A stretch of DNA of 60,361 nucleotides from Macrostomum lignano. Taxonomy: Eukaryota. Shown piece by piece: positions 20,950 to 34,822 of the stretch. The stretch covers positions 1-60,361 of the forward strand of contig NIVC01004108.1 in the NCBI GenBank assembly GCA_002269645.1. Direction: 5' to 3'. The position numbers were made by a program, and so were the translations under genes. How positions within the stretch are numbered: position 1 is the stretch's first letter; every line of letters starts with the position of its first letter. Below the pieces are notes generated by a model. That model was not told the origin of the DNA. It did no database searches and worked only from the letters and a program-made list of their open reading frames with translations.

Positions 20950-22150
20950 ATAGACCTTTATGATGAATCCATATTGGCTCAATAATTTGGGTCCATCTGT
21001 CGTAGATGCCTTTGTTCTCAGCATCCCAGGCACCAGGGTCCCCTTCATCACTGTCTGGAGCATCGGCGGCAAGCATCGGGACCTTCAACAAAAGCACCCG
21101 ATCGGTATCTCAGAGACCACCGCTGAGGCAGGCCAACACGAGTGCGCATCTCTGTTCCAAGAAACATGAATCCCATTTCCTGTACCAGTGTCATCTGAAT
21201 GGATCAGCCAAGCGGTAAACAACTTGCTCACCACTCCACACCTTTGAGCCCTCGGCCGGCCGAGCATCGGATTCCTGTAATGCAAAAGTAGTGGACAGCA
21301 GTGTTCCTTTGCCAGTGCAGATTTCCGCATTGAACTCATAGCGGATGTCCATGTCATCCTGAATCTCTGGATTTCCAGCCGATGTCAGCAGGAACAGCTT
21401 GGCACCTTTGCGACCGGGCTTCTCCTTAGAAAGACCGTGAAGTCACAGTTCACACCCCAGTAGACAACCAGAGTTTCGTCGACGCAGAGGTACGGCCCGG
21501 AAAGAACAGGATGGCGCAGCTGACCTACAGGCGTCGGATGCCGTAGAGCTTGTCCGTTGCGGCCCTCCGCTGACGATATTCGGCAGTTTCGAATTTAACA
21601 TGGTGCAAAAGCACTGTATAATACGCAGACCTGCCTGGTTTGGTGCCTTGATAGAAGAAGCACGATGTTGGCGGTGTCAGCTTATCGGGGCCGCGTGGTG
21701 GCACTCCGTTGAAGGTCCCGAAGGTCGCCTGTAATGTCTACAGGCCAGCCTAGAGGGTCGCCATCGTCCATTTCATTCACCGATTATGTCTACTGACTGA
21801 ATGCTGCATGCAGAAGAGGATTCTTCCACTTCAGTTTTGGGAACGCAGCCGTCTCTGAGATACCGATCGGGTGCTTTTGTTGAAGGTCCCGACGGTTGCC
21901 GCCGATGCTCCAGATGGTGATGAAGGGGACCCTGTTGCCTGGGATGCTGAGAGCAAAAGTCCCTGCGACTGATATGCATAGTTTGTTGAGCCGACGTGGT
22001 TTCATGATGAGATTTTGTGAGCAGAAAATTTTTGCCAATGTTGGTGGTTTTTGCCACCAGACACCCCGAGGAGAATCGTTGAATATCTCGACGATGCCGA
22101 TTTTTCGTGATTCTCGAAGTTGCTTCATCGAATAGAGTGGAAAATTTTAG
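20950..22150 (-). mobile_element. Degenerate piggyBac-like transposase relic
   Basis: Minus-strand fragments FETAEYRQRRAATDKLYGIRRL, GPYLCVDETLV, FLRRKPGRKGAKLF, FNAEICTGK, GEQVVYRLADPF. Boundaries approximate. Confidence 0.75.
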
Positions 22151-22802
22151 CCCGCGTTCTGGATTTTCATGGCAATTGACTGAATATTTTTGGAGATCCA
22201 GACAAAGGAAAAATGTGTGCATTTGAAATGGTCTTTATACTGTTAAAGCTTCCTTTCTTTTCCACAAATTGTAGATTATGGAATGCTCAACCTGCAGCAT
22301 TAGCTAATCCTGGCATCAAGTCATCCATTTTCAAGAGCCAGGTGTGTCTCAAAGACCACCTTGGTCAGCTTTTTAGGCAATTCTTTTTTCCTTTGTCTTG
22401 TTACGTTCTTCTTCCATCCTCTCCCTTTATCTTCTTTCACTTCCTTTCCCCTTTTCCTCTTCGTAGTCATGGGGCACCGTTGGTGCTATTCGTTCTGGAC
22501 TGCTCTCATGGTGAGTTGCATTTACACGATTAATAATAATAACGCCCCTACTGACATTCAGGCCTCTACCGTCGATTGTGACTATGCCAGTCACCTCAGC
22601 TGATCAGCGCGAGCCGATGATGCAGCAGCAGAGCTGGCAGCCTGAGAACATTGACCTGGACTACGAGGACATTGTTTAGATGAAGCCTGACAAGCCATGA
22701 AGACAACACTGAGAACGACAGCAACAATAGTGACGCTATCGGAGAGGCTCAACATCAAGATCTGTCGACAATTCAACAGTGTAGCAATTAAAAGTTGTAT
22801 AC

Positions 22803-22937
22803 TTGAGCAAGACACTTAACTCTGCATTGCTTCAGTTCACCCAGCTGTAAAATGGGTGCCAGCATTAGCTGGATAATTGAGGGTGTGTGTGGCGACCCCC
22901 AGTCCTTGAACTGAACAGCCGTACGCAGCCTTCAGAT
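22803..22937 (+). mobile_element. SINE-like interspersed repeat, copy 1
   Basis: TTGAGCAAGACACTTAAC..CACCCAGCTGTAAAATGGGT resembles conserved SINE core motifs; second copy at 30916-31049. Confidence 0.6.
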
Positions 22938-23649
22938 GCGCCGCGCAATAGCTGCGGCTGAGCTGTCGGTTGCACATCCGGCTTACGGGGGAATAGCTGA
23001 GATGTCAAGGCTTGCTAGTTTAGTGGTAAAAATTGAAATGTTTCTGTCTTCCTGTTCATGGATTTTATCACTGCGAGTACTGCTAAATTAATTGCAATTC
23101 ACAGTTAAGCTTCTAAACTGTTGATATGTTAGAATTTTTCAATTATAAATAGTTTTTCGCCCATGTAGTTGGTAGTTTTGGGTGAGAGATGATTTATCGA
23201 TTAAACATGAAACGGTTGGAAGCATTCCAGCTGTGACAACCGTCTGACACTCTCAATTTCAGTTTCAGTTTCTAAAAGTAGCTGGTTATCAACAAAAATC
23301 GCAAGTTACCCAGTAAAGCAGTTAAAATCTGGTAAAATGATTTTTTAGCGCATCTTGTAAAATTATTTGCATTTTCCGACCCGGGAGAGCATGGTCAAAA
23401 TAGCATCAGATTTTGTTTTTAACGAAAGTTTTGGAACTTCATAAACTGATTAGAAAATCACACCTGATCCGAAATTCTATTTCGGACATGCAAGTGAAAA
23501 TTAGTGATGTTTTTTTTTAACTCCTCTCTGTCCCAAATGATTGGCTAATCAAGCTTATTTAAGTACAAGTTTCCACATTATATTAATTCGTACAGATCCA
23601 AGAGGTATTTTCTGCCTTGTTCCGCGTTTAATGCTTGTTGAACCCTGTT

Positions 23650-25190
23650 AAACTGGCACTGATGCACTGGCCATAGATAAACAATGGTACTGATGTACAG
23701 GCCATAGATAAACAATGGTACTGATTAGGGGTGTTCGGGGTTCGGGGTCGGGTCGGGTTTCGGGTCGGGTTTTGGTACCGGGTTCGGGGTTCGGGGTAGG
23801 TGTTCCGGGTCGGGTTCGGGGTTCGGGGTAGGGGTACCGGGTTCGGGGTTCGGGTCGGGTTTGGCCACCGGGTTTTCGGAGTTTTCGGGGTTTTGAACAA
23901 TTATCATTCTCAAGAGTATTTTCAAGCACTTTTTACTCCTTATGCAAAATCCACAATGCGAAAGATATGCATTGAGTTTCAGGTACAACTTAAGTTATAT
24001 TTTACATACAATTTGAAACGAAAATAGCAGATAGAACCATGGATTCATTTACACTTTCTGGTAAATAACGATTGTAGTTTTTCGACCCATTCAGTCTTGC
24101 AGTTGATGATTTAAAAAATTACGTTCAGTATTAATTTTACATGTGCTACGTGTAACATGGAATGAACTTCTGGATTGGATGAGGAAGCTTAAAATTTATA
24201 AATACACTATTATTCTCCACGCATCAGTCGCCAATAATCAATTATCACAATGATTACCTACTCATATCAGCATACAATTTTATGTAAAGACGTCACTTTA
24301 GTTTTTACATAGCAATTCTGTTATACAACTACTGACTTACTGTTAACTGTAGTCAAAAGTAAAAATAAATATATATTTGTGATTAACTCTCCTGTTTCAT
24401 TGTATCTTTGTTTTATCTGTGCTATCTCTTTATCGCTCTAGTTCTATCTCTACTGATATCTACACTACAGGGTATAATCTAATTTTATTGTACTCTATTT
24501 TTGCAGCTTAAATAAACTCATAGATGTAATATTACTATGAAAGCAATTTCGTTGTAAGTATAGGTACGAAATGGTCCTGATTTTAGTTGTGAACTTTCAT
24601 GTATCTTACTAATTAGATCTTGGGTCTTGGTATTCCTTCCATCTCAATCCCAATCCCATTGCAAGAAGTATACCATTTACACTTATACAACAAATATAAA
24701 CCTGTGTTTGTCCCAAGTCATTCATGAGCTAACGTCACGCCCAAAAGGCTTACAATTGAAGTGAAGTACAAATGAATATTGTACCTTTATCGGTGGAAAA
24801 AGTGTATTAATTTATTAAAATGATTGACCAAAATAAGCGTGAAAATGTTCGGGGTTACGTTCGGGGTCGGGTCGGGTTTTGGTACCGGGTTCGGGGTTCG
24901 GGGTTGGAAGAAATGTTCGGGACGGGGTTCGGGGTTCGGGGTATGGGTACCGGGTTCGGGGTAAACCCCGAACCCCGAAAAAATGGCCGACCCGAACACC
25001 CCTAGTACTGATGCACTGGTCATAGATAAACAATGGCACTGATGCACTGGCCATAGATAAACAATGGTACTGATGTACAGGCCATAGATAAACAATGGCA
25101 CTGATGCACTGGCCATAGATAAACAATGGCATTGATGCACAGGCCATAGATAAACAATGGCATTGATGCACAGGCCATAGATAAATAGAT
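23650..25190 (+). repeat. 31-bp tandem repeat (ACTGATGCACTGGCCATAGATAAACAATGGT-like) split by a hAT insertion
   Basis: About 2 units at 23650-23725 and about 6 at 25005-25190. Confidence 0.9.
23726..25004. mobile_element. Non-autonomous hAT-type DNA transposon (1279 bp)
   Basis: TIR TAGGGGTGTTCGGG / CCCGAACACCCCTA; 8-bp TSD GTACTGAT at 23718-23725 and 25005-25012; subterminal TTCGGGG arrays; no transposase ORF. Confidence 0.9.
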
Positions 25191-26226
25191 AGACAATTAC
25201 AGTTAGACACTCTTTTGAATCCGTTTTCATGGACTCTATAGGCTCTGCTAAGAATGCGGTTTATGCACATTCGCTGCACTGAGAATTTGGGGGACAGTGC
25301 TTTGGTATGTGTGCAGTGCTCATGTACGGAGGCAGGGGCATGTCCAGAAAGTGCCCAGTGGTTGATGTGCAGCAGTTTGGCCAGAAATTAATCAACAGTA
25401 TTTCATCAGCTTTTTTGAGTGAATACTTACAGTTCCGAACCTTTTAAATTGATACTTTCTACTAACAGTAGCACAAGTACGGTATATCTTGTATTTATTG
25501 TTTTTCACCACTAGACTGGAGCATTGGAGCGAAAGTCCCCAGAAGTGACTTTAAACTTCTCTAAAAGATACTCACAGATTCGCGACCGCTCATCGCAGTT
25601 GTTGAAAATTGCCAAGTATACTGGAATTTAATTGATTCATTGCTCCAACAGTTATAATGCTACAACATCAGGAAATTGAACAGAAGTGTACTAATATTGT
25701 CATTGAACTTGAAGACTGCAATTGTTGAGTCTAAATTGCTGGGAAAATGTTGTTTTTGTTTCCGCAGCCTTTGCACCATGACCTCCAATATAATTGTCCA
25801 AGTTGCTCAGTACAAATTCCGCAATGCATATTTATCAAACCATCATTATTATTTATAAAATTGAGCCAATCTGTTTAGTGCGCACATCAAACTGTGCAAT
25901 CCAAAAGCAGATGAATTCAACCTAAACAGGTGCGAATCACAGAGCCTTCAAGCCAATTTAGGATCGAAGCAAAGGATAGAAAAGCCTAAAAACGCACTGT
26001 CAATGTTCTTAGCGTTTACTGAAACCTACGTCGGAAATGCGAAGCTCTTTCTATAATAGACAAAGTGGGCCACAGTCTCTACCCTACGCGCTCGTAATGC
26101 TAGCAGAGTTTATCTCTCCACTAATAAACAAACCGGCCAAAAATTGAAAGTTTATGCGCTAATAAGAGAGAAATTCAACGCTAAAAATGTTTATCCTGCG
26201 CAACTTGACTCTCCTAGAGTTTCAAT

Positions 26227-29200
26227 ATGGACACGAGACATCTAATAGCAATTTGGCTTACTGCCTTCTTGGTAAGTTAGTGACAGATTTTTTAAGTGAT
26301 TTTCGTTGTCTTGAAGCAGTTCTCCAACAAACCCATGATCCATTCATTTCAGTCATTTCAGCCGCTTGCAAGCTCGTCCGCAGCGAGTGGAGCAGTACAC
26401 GTGAAATTCGACTCGTATCGACAGAGAGACCGAGGCAGCTGCGACCGGAGCTTCTTTGGAAGTGACCACTGCGACCCGTACTTTCTCATCTCCGTGTCGA
26501 CGCCAAGGAAAATTCTGGCAACCTTCGTTTCGTCTGAATACGACAATGCTCCGACAGTGATTCACTTCGGAGATTTCATCGGCCAGCTTATCAACCCTCT
26601 GGAGTTTCACTTCACCGGATCGGATCTGAAGCCCACTGACAATGTCCAAGTGTCGGTCACTGTCAAGGACAAAGACCCCGGAGAGCATGAGCTCATGTGC
26701 AGATTGCACCGCTCCTACAACGCCGCAGAGCTCCCATTTTTTGCTAACAACTCAGCAAACAGCCGCTGGTCATCGCAGCTCACTGAGATCTCTAGCAATG
26801 GCCACATCCTGAAACTGGCTGTCTGGATCGGGTGCAGGCCGAACTTCTACCAAGCTGCCTGTTCGGTGCACTGCGACCCGTCCAGGTTCGGCTGCAGCCC
26901 CAACGGCTCTGCGATCTGCCCTGCAGGCTACACGGCTCTCAACGGCAGCTGCGCTCCGTCAGACAAGTGTCTGCGGCAGGGACAGGCCTTCTGCCAGAAC
27001 GGAGGCAGCTGCTCGGAGGACCTGCAAGGACGGCCGGTTTGCCAGTGCCCGATGAACTTCACCGGACCTCACTGTCAGCTGGAGACTCACCCGTGCCATC
27101 GCAACGCCACGTGGTGCCGCAACGGAAGCTGCCAGACTTTCAACAGCAACGGCTCATCGGTGTGCGTCTGCGACAAAGGATTCACTGGCTACCACTGCGA
27201 CCAGGATGTTGACGAGTGCCGCCTGGTGGCAGGTCTCTGCGGCTCCTATGGCGACTGCGTGAACACCGTGGGCAGCTTCAGATGCGACTGCAGGAGCGGC
27301 TTCTCAGGAGCTGTGTGCCAGTTTCAGCAAACGCCTTCGATGAAGCGAGAGTCAGCACTGGACGATTCACTTCGACACACGAAAGCTTTTAAAGCCTCGA
27401 AAACTACTGCTACTGCAGACTCGTTCGCACAGGGCCTTGCACCAACCAAGCTGACAACATTCATAGCTCTACTTAGTGGCTCTACTAAAAAAACTTCGAA
27501 AATCAATTATGCCACAACAGCCTCGATTCCGTCCAGTCTTTCAAAAGCTGTTGCACTGGACAGTTCTGCCACAAAAGTATCTACTGCTGCAAGCACAGCG
27601 ACTCAATTAGCTAACAGAAATCCCCATACTAACACTGAAGCAACAGTACCTTACAGTTTAGCTACTCATGCTAAGGAGACTTCACACAGAGCCACATCTG
27701 CTTATACTGCGATCCCTACAGCTGCTTTCACAAAAAAACGTACAACAGCAGTGCCTTCAATAACAACAATTGGAGCAGTACACGTGAAGCTCGACTCGTA
27801 TCGACAAAGAGACCGAGACAGCTGCGACCGGAGCTTCTTTGGAAGTGACCACTGCGACCCGTACTTTCTCATATCCGTGTCGACGCCAAGGAAAATTCTG
27901 GCAACCTTCGTCTCGTCTGACTACGACAATGCCCGAGAGTGATTCACTTCGGCGATTTCATCGGCCAGCTTATCAACCCTCTGGAGTTTCACTTCACCGG
28001 ATCGGATCTGAAGCCCACTGACAATGTCCAAGTGTCGGTCACTGTCAAGGACAAAGACCCCGGAGAGCATGAGCTCATGTGCAGCTTGCACCGCTCCTAC
28101 AACGCCGCAGAGCTCCCATTTTTTGCTAACAACTCAGCAAACAGCCGCTGGTCATCGCACCTTACGGAGATCTCTAGCAATGGCCACATCCTGAAACTGG
28201 CTGTCTGGATCGGGTGCAGGCCGAACTTCTACCAAGCTGCCTGTTCGGTGCACTGCGACCCGTCCAGGTTCGGCTGCAGCCCCAACGGCTCTGCGATCTG
28301 CCCTGCAGGCTACACGGCTCTCAACGGCAGCTGCGCTCCGTCAGACAAGTGTCTGCGGCAGGGACAGGCCTTCTGCCAGAACGGAGGCAGCTGCTCGGAG
28401 GACCTGCAAGGACGGCCGGTTTGCCAGTGCCCGATGAACTTCACCGGACCTCGCTGTCAGCTGAAGACTCACCCGTGCCATCGCAACGTCTCGTGGTGCC
28501 ACAACGGAAGCTCAACAGCATCTCATTCAATAAAAACCGCTTCAACAAAACCCTTCTCAAATACGTCGCCTGCAAATACACGTGCGACAAGAACATCTGC
28601 GAAAACACCTCCGAAAACACCTGCGAGAACAACACATGCGACAACAGCATCTACGACAACAGCACCTGCGACAACAGCATCTGCGACATCACCACCTGCG
28701 ACAACAGCACCTGCGACAACAGCACCTGCGACAACAGCACCTGCGACAACACCTGCGACAACTACACCTGCGACAACAACACCTGCGACAACAACACCTG
28801 CGACAACAGCACCTGCGACAACAGCACCTGCGACTACAACACCTGCGACAACTACACCTGCTACAACAACACCTGCGAAAACAATACCTGCGAAAACAAC
28901 ACATGCAACAGCACCTGCGACAACACCTGTGAAAACCACGCGTGCAACAACACCTGCGATAACAATACCTGCGAAAACAACAGTCTTTTCAAACTCTGTC
29001 CCTTCAATAAGTGACAGCTCAAAACCTTCTCCAAGAGCGACGGTCACAGCGGCAGGCGCTACATCGGCGTCAGTAATTAAAGATACATCAGAATCCCATC
29101 AAATCAACAAACCAACCCAGATTAAGTTTCGTTTCTCGGCTTTAAATATCAAAGTGGTGAGTAAATTTAAGCAATTTAGCGACGATGCATGATGCTTTGG

Positions 29201-29411
29201 CTGAGTTAAAATGAAATAGATGCAATATGTATTAAAACATATCGCCCCCATTCAGGTTTCCTTAGTTCTGATGATCACCATCGTTCTGATGCTGTGCATC
29301 ATGATTGCAGTTATTGTCGGCTTTATTCTCTACCTAAAGAAGAGTACTTTAAGGCATCCGCTCACTCGGACAGTAAATTATCCCCTGGACGATCGAGAAC
29401 AGAATGGGTGA
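26227..29411 (+). CDS. Delta/Serrate-like type I membrane protein: signal peptide, C2-DSL-EGFx3, S/T linker, second C2-DSL-EGF, Thr-rich stalk, TM helix
   Basis: Exon 26227-26271 (MDTRHLIAIWLTAFL), exon 26362-29156 (1-nt frameshift ~27932), exon from 29256 (VSLVLMITIVLMLCIMIAVIVGFILYLKK); GT-AG sites in phase; DSL-like CRPNFYQAACSVHC; calcium-EGF DVDEC..C.NT.GSFRC. A donor at 29408 suggests the gene may continue. Confidence 0.75.
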
Positions 29412-30915
29412 GTGGCTGTGAAGTCTGCTTATTGCCAAACAAGTTCTGACATTTGTATCTGTGCCACCAGGTTCTGGTCTGTACTGTACAGAAATCTGAG
29501 GTCGGATACGTCAATCGAGGTTGATGGACGTCGCTGACATGGGTACTTTTGCAATGCACCGACGTTCAGCCGACGAATGACTTAGTTATTCCATAAAGTT
29601 ATTCGTCGGTGTAATGTAGAGGTGCGATGGGTACTTTAAATTACCCTGCATTTTCCATCAACGTCAGGTAACGTCGGCTTACCTCGGTAGAGCAGGTCAG
29701 TCAGGTGTACACGTACTCTGCCAACCCACAGGCGGCACACGGCGGAGTCGTTGGAGCTGCGCTATGCGAGACCAAACGGCGCCCAAAGTGCATCGACCGC
29801 TGACGCCAGCCAAGCGGCGTCTGTCGCTAACAGGGCCTACCAGTTCCAGCCCAGAGAGTCGTCAAACCGCGAATGGCAGCACACGCAGAGCTTCTCCTGG
29901 CATCAGGCTTAGCTTTGCTGGCATTCAAAACCCGTGTGCATATTTCATTGGAGGCCTCAACATTGACAACACGGGTTGGAGGACGCAACACTTGGATTTG
30001 TGCTGCAAAATGCATTCGCCATGCATGTAGGAAGTTTTGTCTTTTTTAGCATTAAATTCGCAGCATTTTACCTCAGGACCTTCGAATTATGCAGGGTGCA
30101 CCAACCAAATCAGAAAAACGGCATTGATAACTTTTTTATGGTTCAATCGCACCTTTGGCAAACCTTTGGTAAGACCCAATAGGTAATCTAATTAAGAATG
30201 ATTCTCATAAATATGAGCTCATTTCGTTCTCACAAGTCTGGGATAATCTCTCCAAGTTTTGGGAAAAACAAGTTTGGCCTTCTTCTCAAGCCCTGTGTGG
30301 AGCGTTTGTGAGCTGGATGTCAACAGCGAGCTGGAGCTGGCTTTTGAGCTAAAACAGGCAAATTGATGGGGCAGTTGCATCGGGGATTGGAAGCTTGTCG
30401 AAAAAATGCAGTTTGGCAAAGTACCTATGGTAGAGCTACCAGCGCACATTTGTTAAACCAATTTTGTAGACTTTGGATTTTTCCGTAGCGCTAAAATGGG
30501 GTTTTGAAAGAGACGAATTCCAGGACTGAGATTTTGCGAATTTATCACTAAAAAACTTCAAACTTCCTGTGTCGGCAATGCATTTCCCTGAGAGAGCCGT
30601 TGCGATTCAGCTCTCTTCACGGGCCCATGTTGTTGCCAAGTAAATTGGAATTTTACCTTCTCAAATAATGACTAGCAAAAACTCATTATGCAAAAGACGA
30701 TAATTTCGAATTCAGACTCAATGTGTTTAACAAAATGTTTACATGTCTGCTCATTGCTTTCCGAGCCGATATGCGTGTCTGGAAGAACTGGAAGCTTTTG
30801 TAAAAATCTATAAATATAGCCGTTTGATTGGCACCTATTTCTCGCCTAGTGGTCGGACTCACTACGTACTCAAGCGTCGGGGTTTGACTCGGAACGATTT
30901 GCATCCCTAAGCTAA

Positions 30916-31049
30916 ACACTTAACTCTGCATTGCTTCAGTTCACTCAGCTGTAAAATGGGTGCCAGCATTAGCTAGGGTAATCAACGATGTGTGTGGTGA
31001 GTGGTGACCCCCCAGTCCTCGGACTGAACAGCCGTACGTAGCCTTCAGA
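30916..31049 (+). mobile_element. SINE-like interspersed repeat, copy 2
   Basis: Close match to 22803-22937. Confidence 0.6.
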
Positions 31050-31883
31050 CGGTGCGCATTTGCGATGCCTTGAGTTGGGACGCAGCCCCTAACGAACTAT
31101 ATCTCAAAAGCACTAAACTAGCCAGTTGCTAAGGGGGTGGGGGGTCGGCTCTGCCCTTGCAGGGGTGGCGGAGTGGGGATTTGAACGCCCTGGTTGCGTT
31201 GGATGCAGCCTCCCCTTTTCCAAGCCTCTGCCCTCACTGTAAATTCAGTCCCTCCCCGTCAACGGTGCATTCTTCTGTTCATCTCCAGGAAGGGCCTCTC
31301 CAGCTATTTTCAGCTTGTCTCCCGGCCGGTCTGATCTCGTCCCGTTGCCAGGGGGGTGCGCGGCCGTTGTTGATCGGCTGTTTCTCCGCGGGCCCGCCCT
31401 CCGACCCGGCTCTGGTCGGTGTGCAAAATTGTTTCACGGGAAACCTGATGAAAATAAACTTGAACCAGCAGCAGTGTTTAGCAGGGCACCGGCTAATTCT
31501 CTGCTGAAGGCAGAGCCATGGACAACTGGGTAATTCTGCGCAATCATAAAAATCAGAAGAGACAACCTGAGAGTCACAAGAAGATTTGCGCAACTTGAGA
31601 GTCCTTCTACTTAGCTTTCCCTGACGAGACCCAGCAGCGGGTGAGATTGATCGGGATCGATTCGAAGGCATTTGAAAAGTTGAACGCTTAACATCGGTGG
31701 AAATTTTGTATTGTGTATTTTCTCGATCAGTATCGAGCGCTCCATCTGACGGATTTCTTTGCGTTAAAAAAATTTTTTTTAGTTTAGACAAATTTTCAAA
31801 ATTTTAAAGTTGGTTAGAAACTGCTTGAGCGCTCGATTTTGAGTTTCAGAAGCAGCATCTTCTGTGCCATCCAGCTGGTGCTG

Positions 31884-32929
31884 TTACAGAAGCAGCATCT
31901 CGAACTCCTTCAGCGAGAAGTAGAAGCCAAAATTAAAGCTCCAAATGACTCCCTCTGCATGAGCACCTCCGATGGCGGCAGATGCGTCTTTGTACTCTCC
32001 GTTCGGGTGGGTGTCGAAACAGCCCCTAAACCACCAGGCACCTTTATAAATTGTTGCGCAGTTGTCAGTGCTGATGTCGTGATCGGCGTCCTTCGTGCTG
32101 AACTGCATGCCGTTGCTCCGGGAGCGAGACTGTCGCCGATGCCGGCGCTGCCGGAGAAGCCGGACACGCTCAGCCGGTAGTTGTCGGACTCGGGACCCAC
32201 GGAGAAGCTGGAGTACTCAGCCCAGTGCTCAGAGTCGTTCCACGCCTTCATCAGGATCCTCAGCTTCCGAGGACCAGAAGCAGTGAGAGCGTGGAGAGAG
32301 TTCAGGCCTGGGAAGATGCGGACGTCATGGCGGTGTTTGTCATTGAAGTCCGAGTTGGAAAAAGAAGCGAATGGAGCAGATCTGGGATGCACTCACCGAT
32401 CCAGTAGTTTCCGTCGGGTCCCTCGCCGAACTCGCTCTGGTACTGAGTCCAGTTGCGGTAAAAGTCCACTGAGCCGGACACCCTGTGCTGCACGGTGGTC
32501 CAGCAGTCACTGCCGGCTGTCTGCAAGGTGACACAAAAGGTGTGCCAGCTTTTATGCTCTGCGTAAAAGCGTGGCTGTGATGCTGACACATCTAACGGAG
32601 TGACTCACCCACACTCGCTGAGCTCCCTTGTTCGCATTGCGGCACTTCCTGCAGTGGCTCAGGCCGAGGCGACACCTGAAGTGAGCGCACAGGCTGGAGC
32701 TGGCGTCGAACGCCACCAGCTGCACTGCGGAGTCGCTGCTGGCACGCACGGCGCATTCAGAGTCGCTTCGGACAGGCAGCGACCTCACGGCCTCGTAGTC
32801 GGAGAGGCTCTCGAGATTCGACCACCACGGTTGTTCGGAGGAGGAGGCGGCGGCTTCGGTCACGTGATGCGGGACTGCAGCGAGCAGCAGCAGCAGCAGA
32901 GCGACTTGACGAGCGGGTTGGAGCTGCAT
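31884..32929 (-). CDS. Secreted fibrinogen-related domain (FReD) protein, paralogue 1 (3 exons; 1-nt frameshift near 32120)
   Basis: Signal peptide [18 protein letters not shown]; [30 protein letters not shown]; [22 protein letters not shown]; [27 protein letters not shown]; GT-AG introns. Confidence 0.88.
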
Positions 32930-33172
32930 TTTCTCTGAATATGGAGTAGTGGGTGAAAGCCGTCGCCTCACTGTGGATTTCACCTGCTGCTTCTTTTTAG
33001 TAAAAGGCTTTTTCTGAGGGAGACAGCGGATGGAGAGGTGCTCAACACTCAGCAGCTATGTTGACTCTGCTGGGTTATCTCAGATTTTGCAAAATTCAGT
33101 TTGCAGTCTCACAGCAGGCAGAAGCTGCAGGCCAATATAAAAGCCCCGAGGCGGGATCATGTTTTAGCTGCG

Positions 33173-33186
33173 GTCGCCATGGCAAC
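33173..33186. promoter_or_regulatory. RFX X-box-like palindrome upstream of FReD paralogue 1
   Basis: GTCGCCATGGCAAC matches the X-box consensus (GTTGCCATGGCAAC type); conserved in the paralogous block at 39680. Confidence 0.5.
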
Positions 33187-33682
33187 CAGGCAGCTCTAGC
33201 TTTCCACAGGGGTTGTCCCTCAAAGAGGCAGTGAATGGCCTGAAGCTGACTGCAGCTCATTAATTTCTGGGTCAGAAGGCGCTGTCAGCTCGGCTCATTG
33301 CGGGCCCCATCTCCCTCCCTGTGTAGCGCCGGCCAGGGACATCTTCCCTATTTTCCCCACCGGGCTCGTCCGTGATGGTGATAGTCATTTACTTTATTGG
33401 GGCTAGAATTGAAAAATATTGAATAGTTTTTCAGTGAAGCGAGGTTGGAGGCTGCGGCACCAGCACTGGGGAGATAGGCGGCAATGCAAAACCATAGGAG
33501 AGAAAGAATGCACTGCGGGGATAGGAGGAGGGCAATAAATGTTTTACTGTTGCACAGAGGGAGGGTAGGTAATTCACTGGTGTACGCTTACCTTGATAGG
33601 CGGGGCTGGCTTAGATTGTGGGGGTCAGACTGGCGGTCAAGTAGTTACCTGAGCGTGTGACTGAATGCTCAAATGCGATATG

Positions 33683-34822
33683 CATCCACCTGTAACCCAC
33701 CATCCGCCTGTAACACAGCACCCACCTGTAACCCAGCACCCACCTGTAACCCAGCACCCACCTGTAACCCAGCACCCACCTGTAACCCAGCATCCGCCTG
33801 TAACCCAGCACCCTCCTGAAACCCAGCACCCACCTGTAACCCAGCACCCACCTGTAACCCAGCACCCACCTGTAACCCAGCACCCACCTGTAACCCAGCA
33901 CCCACCTGTAACCCAGCACCCACCTGTAACCCAGCATCCGCCTGTAACCCAGCATCCGCCTGTAACCCAGCATCCGCCTGTAACCCAGCACCCACCTGTA
34001 ACCCAGCACCCACCTGTAACCCAGCATCCGCCTGTAACCCAGCACCCACCTGTAACCCAGCACCCACCTGTAACCCAGCACCCACCTGTAACCCAGCACC
34101 CACCTGTAACCCAGCACCCACCTGTAACCCAGCACCCACCTGTAACCCAGCACCCACCTGTAACCCAGCACCCACCTGTAACCCAGCACCCACCTGTAAC
34201 CCAGCACCCACCTGTAACCCAGCACCCACCTGTAACCCAGCACCCACCTGTAACCCAGCACCCACCTGTAACCCAGCACCCACCTGTAACCCAGCACCCA
34301 CCTGTAACCCAGCACCCACCTGTAACCCAGCACCCACCTGTAACCCAGCACCCACCTGTAACCCAGCACCCACCTGTAACCCAGCACCCACCTGTAACCC
34401 AGCACCCACCTGTAACCCAGCACCCACCTGTAACCCAGCACCCACCTGTAACCCAGCACCCACCTGTAACCCAGCACCCACCTGTAACCCAGCACCCACC
34501 TGTAACCCAGCACCCACCTGTAACCCAGCACCCACCTGTAACCCAGCACCCACCTGTAACCCAGCACCCACCTGTAACCCAGCACCCACCTGTAACCCAG
34601 CACCCACCTGTAACCCAGCACCCACCTGTAACCCAGCACCCACCTGTAACCCAGCACCCACCTTTAACCTATCGAGCATGCAACCACCTGTAACCAACCC
34701 ACGCACCTACCTGTAACCAACCCCAGCACCCACCTGTAACCAACCCCAGCACCCATCTGTAACCAACCCCAGCACCCACCTGTAACCAACCCCAGCACCC
34801 ACCCGTAACCAACCCCAGCACA
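33683..34822 (+). repeat. 18-bp minisatellite (CCCAGCACCCACCTGTAA) grading into a 22-bp variant
   Basis: Directly visible. Confidence 0.97.

Noticed and set aside
29700-30500. Possible transposase remnant
   Set aside because: Only fragmentary frames with no recognisable motif.
33611-34706. Long ORFs in the 18-bp array
   Set aside because: Open in several frames because the unit is a stop-free multiple of three; no coding evidence.
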